Positions 33,709 to 42,590 of a stretch of DNA of 64,000 nt are shown here, in pieces. The stretch is from contig DATJKA010000047.1 in the NCBI GenBank assembly GCA_035491815.1, positions 91,520 through 155,519 on the forward strand, in the 5' to 3' direction. Position 1 is the stretch's first letter. The number at the start of each line of letters is the position of its first letter. This stretch comes from Gemmatimonadales bacterium (lineage in GTDB: Bacteria; Gemmatimonadota; Gemmatimonadetes; Gemmatimonadales; GWC2-71-9). The notes under the pieces were generated by a model. It was not told the DNA's origin. It did no database searches and saw only the letters and a list, made by a program, of their open reading frames with translations. The position numbers and the translations under genes are program-made.

Positions 33709-35036
33709 TCGCCTGCCTCCGCGTCATCCGGCGCCGACACCAGGGCCGCGCGCGGCGCGGCGTGGGAGTCGAGCTTGGGCTTCACATACTTGTCCGTCGC
33801 GGCGCGCGTCCCCTTCACGCGCAGCTGCTCGAACAGGAACGCGAACGTCTTCTCGAGATCGGCGCCGATCCTCGCCCGCACGTCTTCCGGCAAGTCCCAG
33901 AACCGGCGCTTGAACGGGCCGATCGCCTTCTTGCGGCTCTTGTACAGGAACTGTTCCTCGCTGTCGCCCTTCTTCCACTCCTCTTTCGCCTCGGTCTTCA
34001 CCCACTCGTTCACTTCACGCTTCAGATCCTTGGGCAGCGCGGGGTGATCCATGACGATGGTCTGGAAGTTCGTCGCTAGGTGAATCTCGACCGCTTCGCA
34101 CTGCGGGAATTGCGAGAACGCTTCCTGGGGCAGCGTCGAGGCGCCGTGCTGCACCGCGCCACCAAGCCCGTACTTCGTGCGGGCATCGATCGACAGCGCC
34201 TTCAGCGCCTGGAGGTCGAGCTGCACCTTGGCGATCGAGCCGTCGGGCAGTACGACGCCGCCGTGACTCGTGCCCGTCTGGACCGAGATCTTCGAAATCC
34301 CGGGACCGGTGCCGAGCTGTTTGAGGGTCCGCACGTAGCCGTCCATGAACGCCTTCAGCTCGTGCACGTCGCTGTTCTTTCCACCCACCTCGCCGATCTC
34401 GGCGCCGACGGAGACGGTCACACCGTCGGGCTCGCGATCGCGGATGAACTTGGTCAGCTCCGCCGCGCGCTCGTAGTTGGTCCGCTGCTGCTCGTCGAGA
34501 TTCGGCTTGGAGAGATCGACCAGCGTCGACGTATCGACGTCGATGTTGTAGAAGCCGGCGTGGATCTCTTCTTCGATCAGCGCCCGCAGCGCCTTCAGCT
34601 CGGCGTCGGCGTCGGCCGCGTACTTCTTCGCGTTGACCTGAACGTGGTCGCCCTGAATGAACAACGGCCCGACGAATCCTTCGCGCAGCGCCGCCGCCGT
34701 CATCACCGCGACGTACTCGGCGGGCCGCTGGTCGGTATAGGCGATTTCGCTGCGGGCGATCTCGCAAATGATGGCGCCCGCATCGAGCCGCTTCGCGGCG
34801 CGGAAGATCGCGCGGCCGGTATCGTAGGACAGGATCCGGACGTTCATCGCGGGCGTCGTGAACGGCGGCACTTCGCCGCGGCCGCGGGCCATGTAGAGGT
34901 CGTGGATCGACGCGGGCCGCACACCGGCCTTTTGCCCCATCTCCCAGATCATCCACCGCGCGTGCGCTTTCTCGTCCTCGGCGCCGAAGACAGCCTTGCG
35001 GACGAGCGCGTCGATGTTGGCGTTTTCTTTGACCAT
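33705..35036 (-). CDS. Class II fructose/tagatose-bisphosphate aldolase family protein (long form)
   Basis: The track ORF was trimmed to ATG 35036. Motifs FIQGDHVQV, GEVGG, QTGTSHGG and VQHGAST fit the class II aldolase metal and substrate sites. Confidence 0.75.
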   Translation of the reverse strand: MVKENANIDALVRKAVFGAEDEKAHARWMIWEMGQKAGVRPASIHDLYMARGRGEVPPFTTPAMNVRILSYDTGRAIFRAAKRLDAGAIICEIARSEIAYTDQRPAEYVAVMTAAALREGFVGPLFIQGDHVQVNAKKYAADADAELKALRALIEEEIHAGFYNIDVDTSTLVDLSKPNLDEQQRTNYERAAELTKFIRDREPDGVTVSVGAEIGEVGGKNSDVHELKAFMDGYVRTLKQLGTGPGISKISVQTGTSHGGVVLPDGSIAKVQLDLQALKALSIDARTKYGLGGAVQHGASTLPQEAFSQFPQCEAVEIHLATNFQTIVMDHPALPKDLKREVNEWVKTEAKEEWKKGDSEEQFLYKSRKKAIGPFKRRFWDLPEDVRARIGADLEKTFAFLFEQLRVKGTRAATDKYVKPKLDSHAAPRAALVSAPDDAEAGE

Positions 35037-35046
35037 GCGGCGGAAT

Positions 35047-35829
35047 TTACGCCCCGGGTAGGTCGATAACCAGCCCGTCGTACGCCGGCGCGATGCCTGG
35101 CGGAAGCTGCGCCACGAGCGCGGCGTGCGTGTACTCGTGCGTGAGATGCGTGAAGAACGTCCGGCGCGGGCCGATCCGCTGCGCCGCGGCAATCGCTTCG
35201 GGAATGGAGAGGTGGAGCGGATGCGGCCGCGGCAACAGCGCGTTGAGCACGAGGACATCGAGGCCCGCGAGGGCCCTCGCCACGTCGTCGGGAATCGTCT
35301 TGACGTCGGTCAGATACGCGACGCCACCGACGCGATATCCCATCACCCGGTGCGCACCGTGCGGCAGCGCGAGCGGCAGGACGGGCACACCGGCGATCGT
35401 CACGGGGACGCCGGGCTCGAGCACGTGCGGCGCCAATTCCGGCTTGCTCGTCCCCGCCGGCACGACGATCGAGGGATCGAAGATGTAGGGGAACTTGGCC
35501 GCGAGCTCCGCCACGGTGGCGCGCGAGCCGTACGCGGGAAGCATCGCGGCCTGCCGCACGGAGAGGGCGCGGAGATCGTCAATGCCGTGGACGTGATCGG
35601 CGTGCGCATGCGTGAACAGAACCGCGTCGATGTGGTCCACGTCGGCCGCGACGAGCTGCAGGCGCAGCTCGGGCGGCGTGTCGATCAGGAAGCGTTTGCC
35701 CTGCGATTCGATCAGTGCCGCGGTGCGGGTGCGACGGTCGCGCGGGTCGGGGGACGTGCAGGTGGGGCAACGGCAACCGATCTGCGGCACGCCGAACGAC
35801 GTGCCGGTGCCGAGAAAGGTCAGCCGCAC
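35047..35829 (-). CDS. MBL-fold metallo-hydrolase (PhnP-like)
   Basis: FLGTGTSFGVPQIGCRCPTC and THAHADHVHGIDDLR. Confidence 0.82.
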   Translation of the reverse strand: MRLTFLGTGTSFGVPQIGCRCPTCTSPDPRDRRTRTAALIESQGKRFLIDTPPELRLQLVAADVDHIDAVLFTHAHADHVHGIDDLRALSVRQAAMLPAYGSRATVAELAAKFPYIFDPSIVVPAGTSKPELAPHVLEPGVPVTIAGVPVLPLALPHGAHRVMGYRVGGVAYLTDVKTIPDDVARALAGLDVLVLNALLPRPHPLHLSIPEAIAAAQRIGPRRTFFTHLTHEYTHAALVAQLPPGIAPAYDGLVIDLPGA

Positions 35830-35830
35830 G

Positions 35831-37255
35831 TCACACGACCTCGACCTTGATGAGGTTGGTGCTGCCCGAGACGTCCCACGGCACGCCCGCGGTCATGACG
35901 ATGCAGTCGCCCTGCGTCGCGTACTGCCGCTTGAGGATGAGGTCGCGCACGACGGTCAGCATCGCGTCGTAGCCGGGCACGCGATCGACGAGGACGGGGA
36001 TGACCCCCCAGACCAGCGCGAGCTGCCGATACGTCGCCGCCTCGGTCGTCACGGCGAGAATCGGTACCGGTGGCCTGAGCGCGGCAACTTTGCGAGCGGT
36101 GAAGCCGCCCTTGGTGAGCGTCACGATGAGCGGCGTCTTCAACATCCGCGCGACGGCGTGAGTGCCCCACGCAATCGCGTCCTCGGTGTGCACCGCCTCC
36201 CCCGCCATGCGGCGTTCTTCCCGCTGGCGCAGCGGGTGGCGCTCCATCTCACGAATGATGCGATCCATCGCGCGCACGGCCTCGACCGGGTATTGGCCGA
36301 CGGCCGTTTCCGCCGAGAGCATCACCGCGTCCGTGCCGTCGAGGATCGCGTTGGCGACGTCGGACGCCTCGGCACGCGTCGGTCGTGGGTTCTGTACCAT
36401 CGACTCGAGCATCTGCGTCGCCGTGATCACCGGCTTGCCCAGGTGGTTGGCTTCGCTGATGAGCCGTTTCTGCACGAGCGGCACCTGCTCGAACGGCAGC
36501 TCGACGCCGAGATCGCCCCGCGCCACCATGACGGCATCCGAGACTCCGACGATCCGGGTGAGCGATTCGAGTGCCGTCGCCTTTTCGATCTTGGCCACGA
36601 TCTTGATCGTGGCCGGCACCAGCTTGCGCAGCTCTTCGATGTCCTCCGCCCGGCGCACGAATGAGAGCGCCAGGTAGTCGACGCCGTGCTTCACCGCGTC
36701 GACAACGTCCTCCCGGTCCTTGTCCGTGAGCGCCGGCGCCGACACATGGACGTCGGGCAGGTTCATGCCTTTGTGCGCCGTGAGGATCCCGCCGTCCACC
36801 ACCCGGCCGCGCACGCGGGGCGGATCGATGCTCGTGACTTCGACCGATAGCAGCCCGTCGTTGAGCAGAATTCGCGAGCCGACCCGGGCGTCAGTAGCTA
36901 GCCCCTCGTAAGTCGTCGGCAGCTCATCGCCGCGGGCGACTCCCTCGGGGGCAAACACGATCTGCTGACCCGCGGTGAGCTCGCGCGGCTCGGGCAGGTC
37001 GCCGACACGGATGCGCGGACCCTGCAGATCGAGCAGCACGGCGATCGGCAAGTCGGCGTTGGCCGCGACACGCCGTGCAGCCGCAATCCACTGTCCGCGC
37101 AGCTCCGCGGAGCCGTGCGACGCGTTGACGCGCAGGACGTTGGCACCCGCCTGCAGCAGCGCGCCGATCGCGGCCTCATTGGCGGTCGCGGGACCCAAGG
37201 TTGCGACGATTTTGGTGCGACGGATCTGCGGGACTCCGTTCGAACGATTATCCAC
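35831..37255 (-). CDS. pyk: Pyruvate kinase
   Basis: RRTKIVATLGPA, VNASHGS, MVARGDLGVELP and ATQMLESM motifs. 474 aa. Confidence 0.93.
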   Translation of the reverse strand: MDNRSNGVPQIRRTKIVATLGPATANEAAIGALLQAGANVLRVNASHGSAELRGQWIAAARRVAANADLPIAVLLDLQGPRIRVGDLPEPRELTAGQQIVFAPEGVARGDELPTTYEGLATDARVGSRILLNDGLLSVEVTSIDPPRVRGRVVDGGILTAHKGMNLPDVHVSAPALTDKDREDVVDAVKHGVDYLALSFVRRAEDIEELRKLVPATIKIVAKIEKATALESLTRIVGVSDAVMVARGDLGVELPFEQVPLVQKRLISEANHLGKPVITATQMLESMVQNPRPTRAEASDVANAILDGTDAVMLSAETAVGQYPVEAVRAMDRIIREMERHPLRQREERRMAGEAVHTEDAIAWGTHAVARMLKTPLIVTLTKGGFTARKVAALRPPVPILAVTTEAATYRQLALVWGVIPVLVDRVPGYDAMLTVVRDLILKRQYATQGDCIVMTAGVPWDVSGSTNLIKVEVV

Positions 37256-37360
37256 AAATGCACGCGCTCTTTGAGATGTGGAAAACTAGGTAGAGTGAGA
37301 CGGTCTGTCCGGCACGCCTGCCGGGGGCAGGCCGAAAGATTCGCACATCCGTATACGCGC

Positions 37361-37822
37361 TCAGCGCACGACCTCGAGCGACTTCTGCTCCAATCTCGCC
37401 TTGAGCTCCTGGAGGGTGTGGACGGTGCGCGCCATTGCCGATGCGGGCATACCCTCGATCGTGCGGGCGGCCAGGCGCCGCTCCAGCTGTCCCACGCGCA
37501 GCAGCACTTCCAATCCGTGCCGGGTGAGGGTGACTCGTACCCCCCTGTCGTCGTCTGGGTCAGTGTTCGTCTCGAGCAGGCCTTTGGCCTCGAGCCGCTG
37601 CACGAACGTGGTGGCGGCCGCGCGTGAGACCCCGAGCTCGGTCGCCACGTCGCTCGGCCGCGCGCCGTCGGGCCCGCCCAGATCGACGGCGGCCATGACG
37701 GCATGCGCGCGCTTGGACAGGCCGAAGCTCTTGTAGGCGCGATTGCCGGCCCGCTCGATCGCGTGATAGGCCGCGACCACGGCGTCGGTCAGCTGCAGCG
37801 CCAACTCGGAGCGATCCGACAT
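37361..37822 (-). CDS. MarR family transcriptional regulator
   Basis: 153 aa. Winged-HTH region RPSDVATELGVSRAATTFVQRLEAKGLLE...DPDDDRGVRVTLTRHG. Confidence 0.85.
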   Translation of the reverse strand: MSDRSELALQLTDAVVAAYHAIERAGNRAYKSFGLSKRAHAVMAAVDLGGPDGARPSDVATELGVSRAAATTFVQRLEAKGLLETNTDPDDDRGVRVTLTRHGLEVLLRVGQLERRLAARTIEGMPASAMARTVHTLQELKARLEQKSLEVVR

Positions 37823-37871
37823 ATAGTTAACATGTTGATAGTTAACATACTAAATATTTTACCGCAGGCAA
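37823..37871 (-). promoter_or_regulatory. Candidate marR promoter with operator (two ATAGTTAACAT direct repeats, each holding a GTTAAC palindrome)
   Basis: The repeats at 37823-37833 and 37838-37848 are 15 bp apart, with the central palindrome AACATGTT between them. The first repeat abuts the marR ATG. Minus-sense candidate -35 TTGCCT (37871-37866), 16-nt spacer, -10 TATGTT (37849-37844). It is a strongly AT-rich island in GC-rich DNA. Confidence 0.5.
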
Positions 37872-37916
37872 GATCTGCTGTTTTTAGGGAGCGGGGGCGG
37901 GAGCGGGAGGGGAACC

Positions 37917-38294
37917 TCAGCAGGTTTCCGACCAGTCGACTCTCGACTCCTTCTTGCAACGGAGGCATTTGAGCGATTCCGGTTTGCCGCTGAAATCTTG
38001 CCGCTCCTGGCAATGGGGACAGACCGCGTACGTCGTGGTGACCTCCTCCCCTTCCCTGCCGCCGAGGGTGGGGCGGAGCAGGCCGGTTCGAACGACGATG
38101 CTCCAGTGGTCGGGCGGCGTCTCGCGCACGGCGACGTCGATGCGACTCACGCGCACGGGCTTCTTGCGAACCTCGAGGACGACTTTGCCGTCGGCCGTCT
38201 CGTCGACGATCGGATACCAGGCGCCGCGACGCAGCACATCGGCGACGTTGTCGAGGCAGCGGGCCCAGCCGCGAGGGGATTCAGAAGATGCCAT
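37917..38294 (-). CDS. Uncharacterised zinc-ribbon protein, paralog A
   Basis: 125 aa. GWAR...LRRGAWYPIV...PPDHWSIV...TYAVCPHCQERQ...CLRCKK...W.E. It is a clear paralog of 38976-39365. Confidence 0.65.
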   Translation of the reverse strand: MASSESPRGWARCLDNVADVLRRGAWYPIVDETADGKVVLEVRKKPVRVSRIDVAVRETPPDHWSIVVRTGLLRPTLGGREGEEVTTTYAVCPHCQERQDFSGKPESLKCLRCKKESRVDWSETC

Positions 38295-38331
38295 GGGAGC
38301 GCCAATCTAGCACATCCCGCTAAATTGCGTT

Positions 38332-38910
38332 ATGCGCACGATCGGTACGATCACTCGGCTCCAGATTCAGCGCGGCTCGCTGAAACGCGGCGAGAAGCCC
38401 ACACGCGTATACGATCCCAGTCCCCTGCTCTCCGTCCCGGCGCTAAACGTCACCCCTGACGGCGCATTGGGCGGCACGCCCGACGGCACGTGGATCGTGG
38501 ATGTGCACCACCGGGATCATCCCCTGACCAAGAACGAGGATGGTTTGCACGGCATCTCGCTCGGGTTCACGTCGCACTACAGCGCGATGCGGGCGCACTT
38601 CGGCGAAAAGCTCGAGGTGGGCTGCGCCGGAGAGAATATCATTGCCACCGCCGACCGCCGCTTCAGTTACGACGACCTTGCGGGCGGCGTCGCGATTCTC
38701 TCACCGGACGGCCAGGAGCGGGTGCGGCTCAAGGTTCTGCAGGTCGCACATCCATGCCGCCCGTTCACCGGCTGGGCGTTAGGGGAGACAGTAGAGCCCG
38801 AAGAGCTGAAAAAGCATCTGCAGTTTCTCGATAATGGCATGCGTGGGTTTTACTGCACTGGTGAAGGGACCGGGACCGTGAGCTTGGGCGATCAGGTCGC
38901 GCTGATCTAA
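38332..38910 (+). CDS. MOSC-like beta-barrel domain protein
   Basis: 192 aa. The pattern LQIQRG...GCAGENI...HPCRPF...GFYC...G.V..GD resembles MOSC domains, with the conserved Cys in HPCRPF. This is from memory only. Confidence 0.5.
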   Translation: MRTIGTITRLQIQRGSLKRGEKPTRVYDPSPLLSVPALNVTPDGALGGTPDGTWIVDVHHRDHPLTKNEDGLHGISLGFTSHYSAMRAHFGEKLEVGCAGENIIATADRRFSYDDLAGGVAILSPDGQERVRLKVLQVAHPCRPFTGWALGETVEPEELKKHLQFLDNGMRGFYCTGEGTGTVSLGDQVALI

Positions 38911-38914
38911 ACGA

Positions 38915-38946
38915 CGAGGGGTGAGCCGATGTTTGCTCACCCCTCG
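38915..38946. terminator. Bidirectional stem-loop between convergent genes (12-bp perfect stem)
   Basis: CGAGGGGTGAGC - CGATGTTT - GCTCACCCCTCG. It begins 5 nt after the MOSC stop and ends 30 nt before the paralog B stop. Confidence 0.7.
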
Positions 38947-38975
38947 CTCCTCATCGCCCCTCAGCCGCTCGGCGT

Positions 38976-39365
38976 CTAGGACAACTCGTCCCACGCCATC
39001 GCCGCCGTCTTCTTGCAGCGATCGCACGTCATCTCATTCGTCCGCGCTTCGATGCCCTGCCGGTGACGGCAGGCGGGGCAGACGGCGTATGTCAACGGGA
39101 AGATGCGGCCGAGGCGTTCGATCACCCGCGGCTCGCACCGCACGATCGTCCACCGCTCCGGTGGATGATAGCGGATCTCGAGGAACCGGCGATCGACCGG
39201 TACGTTGTGCCGGTTGACGTCGAGGACGACGATGTTGCTCGAAGAGATGCGGACGACGGGGTACCACGCACCGCGCCGCAAGGTATGCGCGCCGGCCGGG
39301 CCGACGCGCGCCCAGCCTTTCACCTGCAGCCGCGTGGGCGTGACCATCCGATTGCTGCTTTCCAT
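38976..39365 (-). CDS. Uncharacterised zinc-ribbon protein, paralog B
   Basis: 129 aa. GWARV...LRRGAWYPVV...PPERWTIV...TYAVCPACRHRQ...CDRCKK...W.E. It lies 71 nt downstream of nrdJ on the same strand. Confidence 0.65.
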   Translation of the reverse strand: MESSNRMVTPTRLQVKGWARVGPAGAHTLRRGAWYPVVRISSSNIVVLDVNRHNVPVDRRFLEIRYHPPERWTIVRCEPRVIERLGRIFPLTYAVCPACRHRQGIEARTNEMTCDRCKKTAAMAWDELS

Positions 39366-39436
39366 GGCCTCTAGACTACCCTCATAGTCAAGGGACCGTC
39401 GTGACTGGAGTCACAGCGAGCAGGGTCGTGCTTGGA

Positions 39437-41908
39437 TCATCCGCATTCTGAGAAGCCGCAGACGTGACATTTCGCACATCCCTCGATGAACGCCAGCTGC
39501 GAGCCACAATCGGGGCATGCACCGATGAAATCTTGCTCCGGACCCCGCGTCAAGCGCAAGGCGGCGTCGCCGACCGGCCCCCGAACGACCTCGGGCGTCG
39601 CCGGGGCGGCGGACCTGGGAGTCTCGAGCAGGTCCTGCTGCACGCCCTGCTTCTCCTGCATCCACTTTTCGATCGCAATGCCGATAGCGTCGGGCACGGA
39701 CATCACTTTGTTCGGCCCGAGGCCCACCGCGCGGTCGGACGAGATGCCGCGGAGCTGCCGGTAGATCTCCGGCAACGGCACACCGGACCGGAGCGCGAGG
39801 GAAATCAGCCGGCCAATCGCCTCGACGTCCGCCATCAACGCCCCGCCCGCCTTGCCGAGTGACATGAAGACCTCGAACGGCTGGCCCTTGTCGTCCTCGG
39901 TGATCGTCACGTACATCGTGCCGAGCGGCGACTCGATGCGGCGCGTCGACCCCTTGAGGAGATCCGGCCGCGAGCGCTTCGCGCGCCGCTGCAGATTCTC
40001 CGCCTCGACGTCGTGCAGCCGGTCGCGGGTGCGGCCCAGCTCGGTCTCCAGCTCCGCAATACGGCTGAGCGCCTCGGCGAGCGCGTCCTTCCCTGCCTCG
40101 GCGGTCGTGTCCTGCACCTTCTTGGCGGTGGCGCCCGTCGACAGCACCTGATTTTCGCGCGCGCCGTCGCGGTACACCGTCACGCCTTTGCAGCCCAGCT
40201 GGTAGGCGTAGCGGTAGATCCGCTCGACGTACTCCTCGGTCGCATCGTGTCCGAAGTTGCAGGTCTTCGAGATCGCCGAGTCGGTGAACGCCTGGAAGGC
40301 GGCCTGCATCTGGATGTGCCATTCCGGCGTCACGTCGTGTGCCGTCACGAACACCTTCTGCCACTTCTCCGGCACGGCATCGAAGTGAATGTGACCGGCT
40401 TCGGCGATCTGCTTCATCAGGTCGTCCGAGTACCAGCCTTCGCGCTGCGCGATGGCGACGAAGTCCTCATTCACGTCGGGCATCAGCACGCCGGCCTGAT
40501 TGCGCATGAACGCGACGGCGAAGAGCGGCTCGATTCCCGACGAGCAGCCGGCGATGATGGAGATCGTGCCCGTCGGCGCGACCGTCGTGAGATTACAATT
40601 GCGCAGCTTCCGCATCGGGCGGATGCGCTCGCCGCGCGCGTCCTTGGCGCACGTCGCATCGGGTCCCCAGATGGACCGCTCCCACTCGGCGAACGTCCCG
40701 CGCTGCTCCGCCAGCTTCTCGGAGGCAACCTTGGACTCCTCGTCGATGAACTGCATGAGCTTGCGGCCGAGCGCGACGCCGGCATCCGAGTTGTAGGGGA
40801 TGCCGAGCCGCACGAGCAGGTCTGCCCACCCCATGATGCCGAGGCCGACGCGGCGGATCCGCTTCGCCAGGTCGTCGATCTCCTCGAGCGGGTACTTGTT
40901 CGCGTCGATGACGTTGTCGAGGAAGTGCGTGCAGAGGTGCACCGCCGTGCGCAGGCGATCCCAGTCGACCTGGCCGTCCTGCACGAACAGCCCGACGTTG
41001 ATCGACCCGAGGTTGCAAACGTCGTACGGGAGGAGCGGCTGCTCGCCGCACGGGTTCGTGGCCTCGTAGCTGCCGAGCTGCGGCACCGGGTTGTAGTGGT
41101 TCGCGCGGTCGATGTAGAACACGCCGGGCTCACCCGTCTTCCAGGCACCGTGCACGATCTGCTTGAAGACTTCGCGCGCATCGAGCTGCCCGAGGACCTT
41201 GCCGGTCCGGGGGTGGATCAGGTCGTACGACTTTCCCGCCTCGAGGGCGAGCATGAATGCGTCGGTGACCGCGACCGAAATGTTGAAATTCGTGACCTGG
41301 GTCAGGTCGTCCTTGCAGTGGATAAAGTCCATGATGTCGGGGTGGTCGACGCGCAGGATGCCCATGTTGGCACCGCGGCGCGTGCCGCCCTGCTTCACGA
41401 CGTCGGTGGAGGCGTCGTACAGCTTCATGAACGAGACGGGACCTGACGCGACCCCCATGGTCGACCGCACCACGTCGTTCTTGGGGCGCAACCGCGAGAA
41501 GGAGAACCCGGTGCCGCCCCCCGACTGATGGACGAGCGCCATGGCGCGCAGCGTGTCGTAGATCCCGGAGCGGCCATTGGAGAGGGCGTCCTCGACCGGC
41601 AGCACGAAACAGGCGGACAACTGCCCCAGGGGCCGCCCCGCGTTCATCAGGGTGGGCGAGTTGGGCATCCACACCCGGGTCGCCATCAGCTCGAAGAACG
41701 TCTCCGCCAGGCTTCCCACCGCGCGGGCGGAAGCGCCATAGGCCCCGTCGGGTGCCGCGATGGTCCGGGCGACCCGCAGGAACAGGTCCTCCGGCTTCTC
41801 CACCGGCTTGCCCTGATCGTCCTTCACGAGGTAGCGGCGTTCCAATACCGTGAGCGCGTTGGCGTTCAGGTCGAGCGAATGAGACGGACGGGCGTCAGAT
41901 GCAGTCAT
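39437..41908 (-). CDS. nrdJ: Adenosylcobalamin-dependent (class II) ribonucleotide reductase
   Basis: 823 aa. Motifs PNSPTLMNAG, LSACFV, NPCGEQPL and TVAPTGTISI. C-terminal zinc module CPDCGS...CAKCHVCGFSEC. Confidence 0.9.
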   Translation of the reverse strand: MTASDARPSHSLDLNANALTVLERRYLVKDDQGKPVEKPEDLFLRVARTIAAPDGAYGASARAVGSLAETFFELMATRVWMPNSPTLMNAGRPLGQLSACFVLPVEDALSNGRSGIYDTLRAMALVHQSGGGTGFSFSRLRPKNDVVRSTMGVASGPVSFMKLYDASTDVVKQGGTRRGANMGILRVDHPDIMDFIHCKDDLTQVTNFNISVAVTDAFMLALEAGKSYDLIHPRTGKVLGQLDAREVFKQIVHGAWKTGEPGVFYIDRANHYNPVPQLGSYEATNPCGEQPLLPYDVCNLGSINVGLFVQDGQVDWDRLRTAVHLCTHFLDNVIDANKYPLEEIDDLAKRIRRVGLGIMGWADLLVRLGIPYNSDAGVALGRKLMQFIDEESKVASEKLAEQRGTFAEWERSIWGPDATCAKDARGERIRPMRKLRNCNLTTVAPTGTISIIAGCSSGIEPLFAVAFMRNQAGVLMPDVNEDFVAIAQREGWYSDDLMKQIAEAGHIHFDAVPEKWQKVFVTAHDVTPEWHIQMQAAFQAFTDSAISKTCNFGHDATEEYVERIYRYAYQLGCKGVTVYRDGARENQVLSTGATAKKVQDTTAEAGKDALAEALSRIAELETELGRTRDRLHDVEAENLQRRAKRSRPDLLKGSTRRIESPLGTMYVTITEDDKGQPFEVFMSLGKAGGALMADVEAIGRLISLALRSGVPLPEIYRQLRGISSDRAVGLGPNKVMSVPDAIGIAIEKWMQEKQGVQQDLLETPRSAAPATPEVVRGPVGDAALRLTRGPEQDFIGACPDCGSQLAFIEGCAKCHVCGFSECG

Positions 41909-42038
41909 GCGAATCTCACGGCGAGTCGAGGTGAATTTTGGAAGTTAACGGAACGTGAGGGCCCAAGGTAGACTTGCGTCTCGCTCGCATCAAGACTCGA
42001 AATGGGTCGCGTCACTCCCGCACTTCCGAGTATTAACA

Positions 42039-42590
42039 TCACAAACTTGTTCGCTCGACGGGATAGGCACCGCTCCGGTGTCGCGCGGCCTGCTCGACGT
42101 AGTGCTCCCACGTTCCGCGAATTCTGGCGCGCAGACCATCATCCACGTGACGCACGACACGCGCCGGCACGCCCATCACGAGCGAGCCCGGCGGGATCAC
42201 CATGCCTTCGCGCACGACGGCCCCCGCGGCGATCACGCTGCCCGTCCCCACGCGCACGTCGTTCAAGAGAATCGACCCCATGCCGATGAGGCACTCGTCC
42301 TCCACCACGCAGCCGTGGAGGATCGCGCGATGCCCCACGCCTACCCGCGCGCCGATCAGCGCCGGCTTGCCTTCGTCCACGTGCACGATGGTGGCGTCCT
42401 GGAGGTTGGTCGCCTCGCCGATCACGATCGGTGCCATGTCGCCGCGCAGCACGGCATGGTACCACACGCTGGACCGGGGTCCCAGCATCACGTCGCCGAG
42501 CACGACGGCGCCCGGTGCAATAAACGCGGAGGGATCGACGCGGGGCTTGGGGATTACTGGCGTACCGGCTGGAAGGGCCACTGCACCCAC
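42039..42590 (-). CDS. Gamma-carbonic-anhydrase-like / left-handed beta-helix (hexapeptide repeat) protein
   Basis: VWYHAVLRGD...IGEATNLQD..IVHV...IGARVGVGHRAILHGC is typical of the YrdA/PaaY family. GTG start at 42590 or 42581. It overlaps the kinase 3' end by about 28-37 nt. Confidence 0.82.
   Translation of the reverse strand: MGAVALPAGTPVIPKPRVDPSAFIAPGAVVLGDVMLGPRSSVWYHAVLRGDMAPIVIGEATNLQDATIVHVDEGKPALIGARVGVGHRAILHGCVVEDECLIGMGSILLNDVRVGTGSVIAAGAVVREGMVIPPGSLVMGVPARVVRHVDDGLRARIRGTWEHYVEQAARHRSGAYPVERTSL

Noticed and set aside
38294-38332. Small regulatory RNA or peptide in the 37-nt divergent spacer between zinc-ribbon paralog A and the MOSC-like gene.
   Set aside because: The spacer is too short for an independent element. 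I only note that both promoters must overlap or lie within coding DNA.
41909-42038. Cobalamin riboswitch or NrdR box in the nrdJ leader.
   Set aside because: I saw no B12-box-like core. The only palindrome-like element (ACAAGTTTGT) does not fit the 16-bp NrdR box. At 131 nt the leader is also short for a full cobalamin riboswitch. A covariance-model search is needed for certainty.
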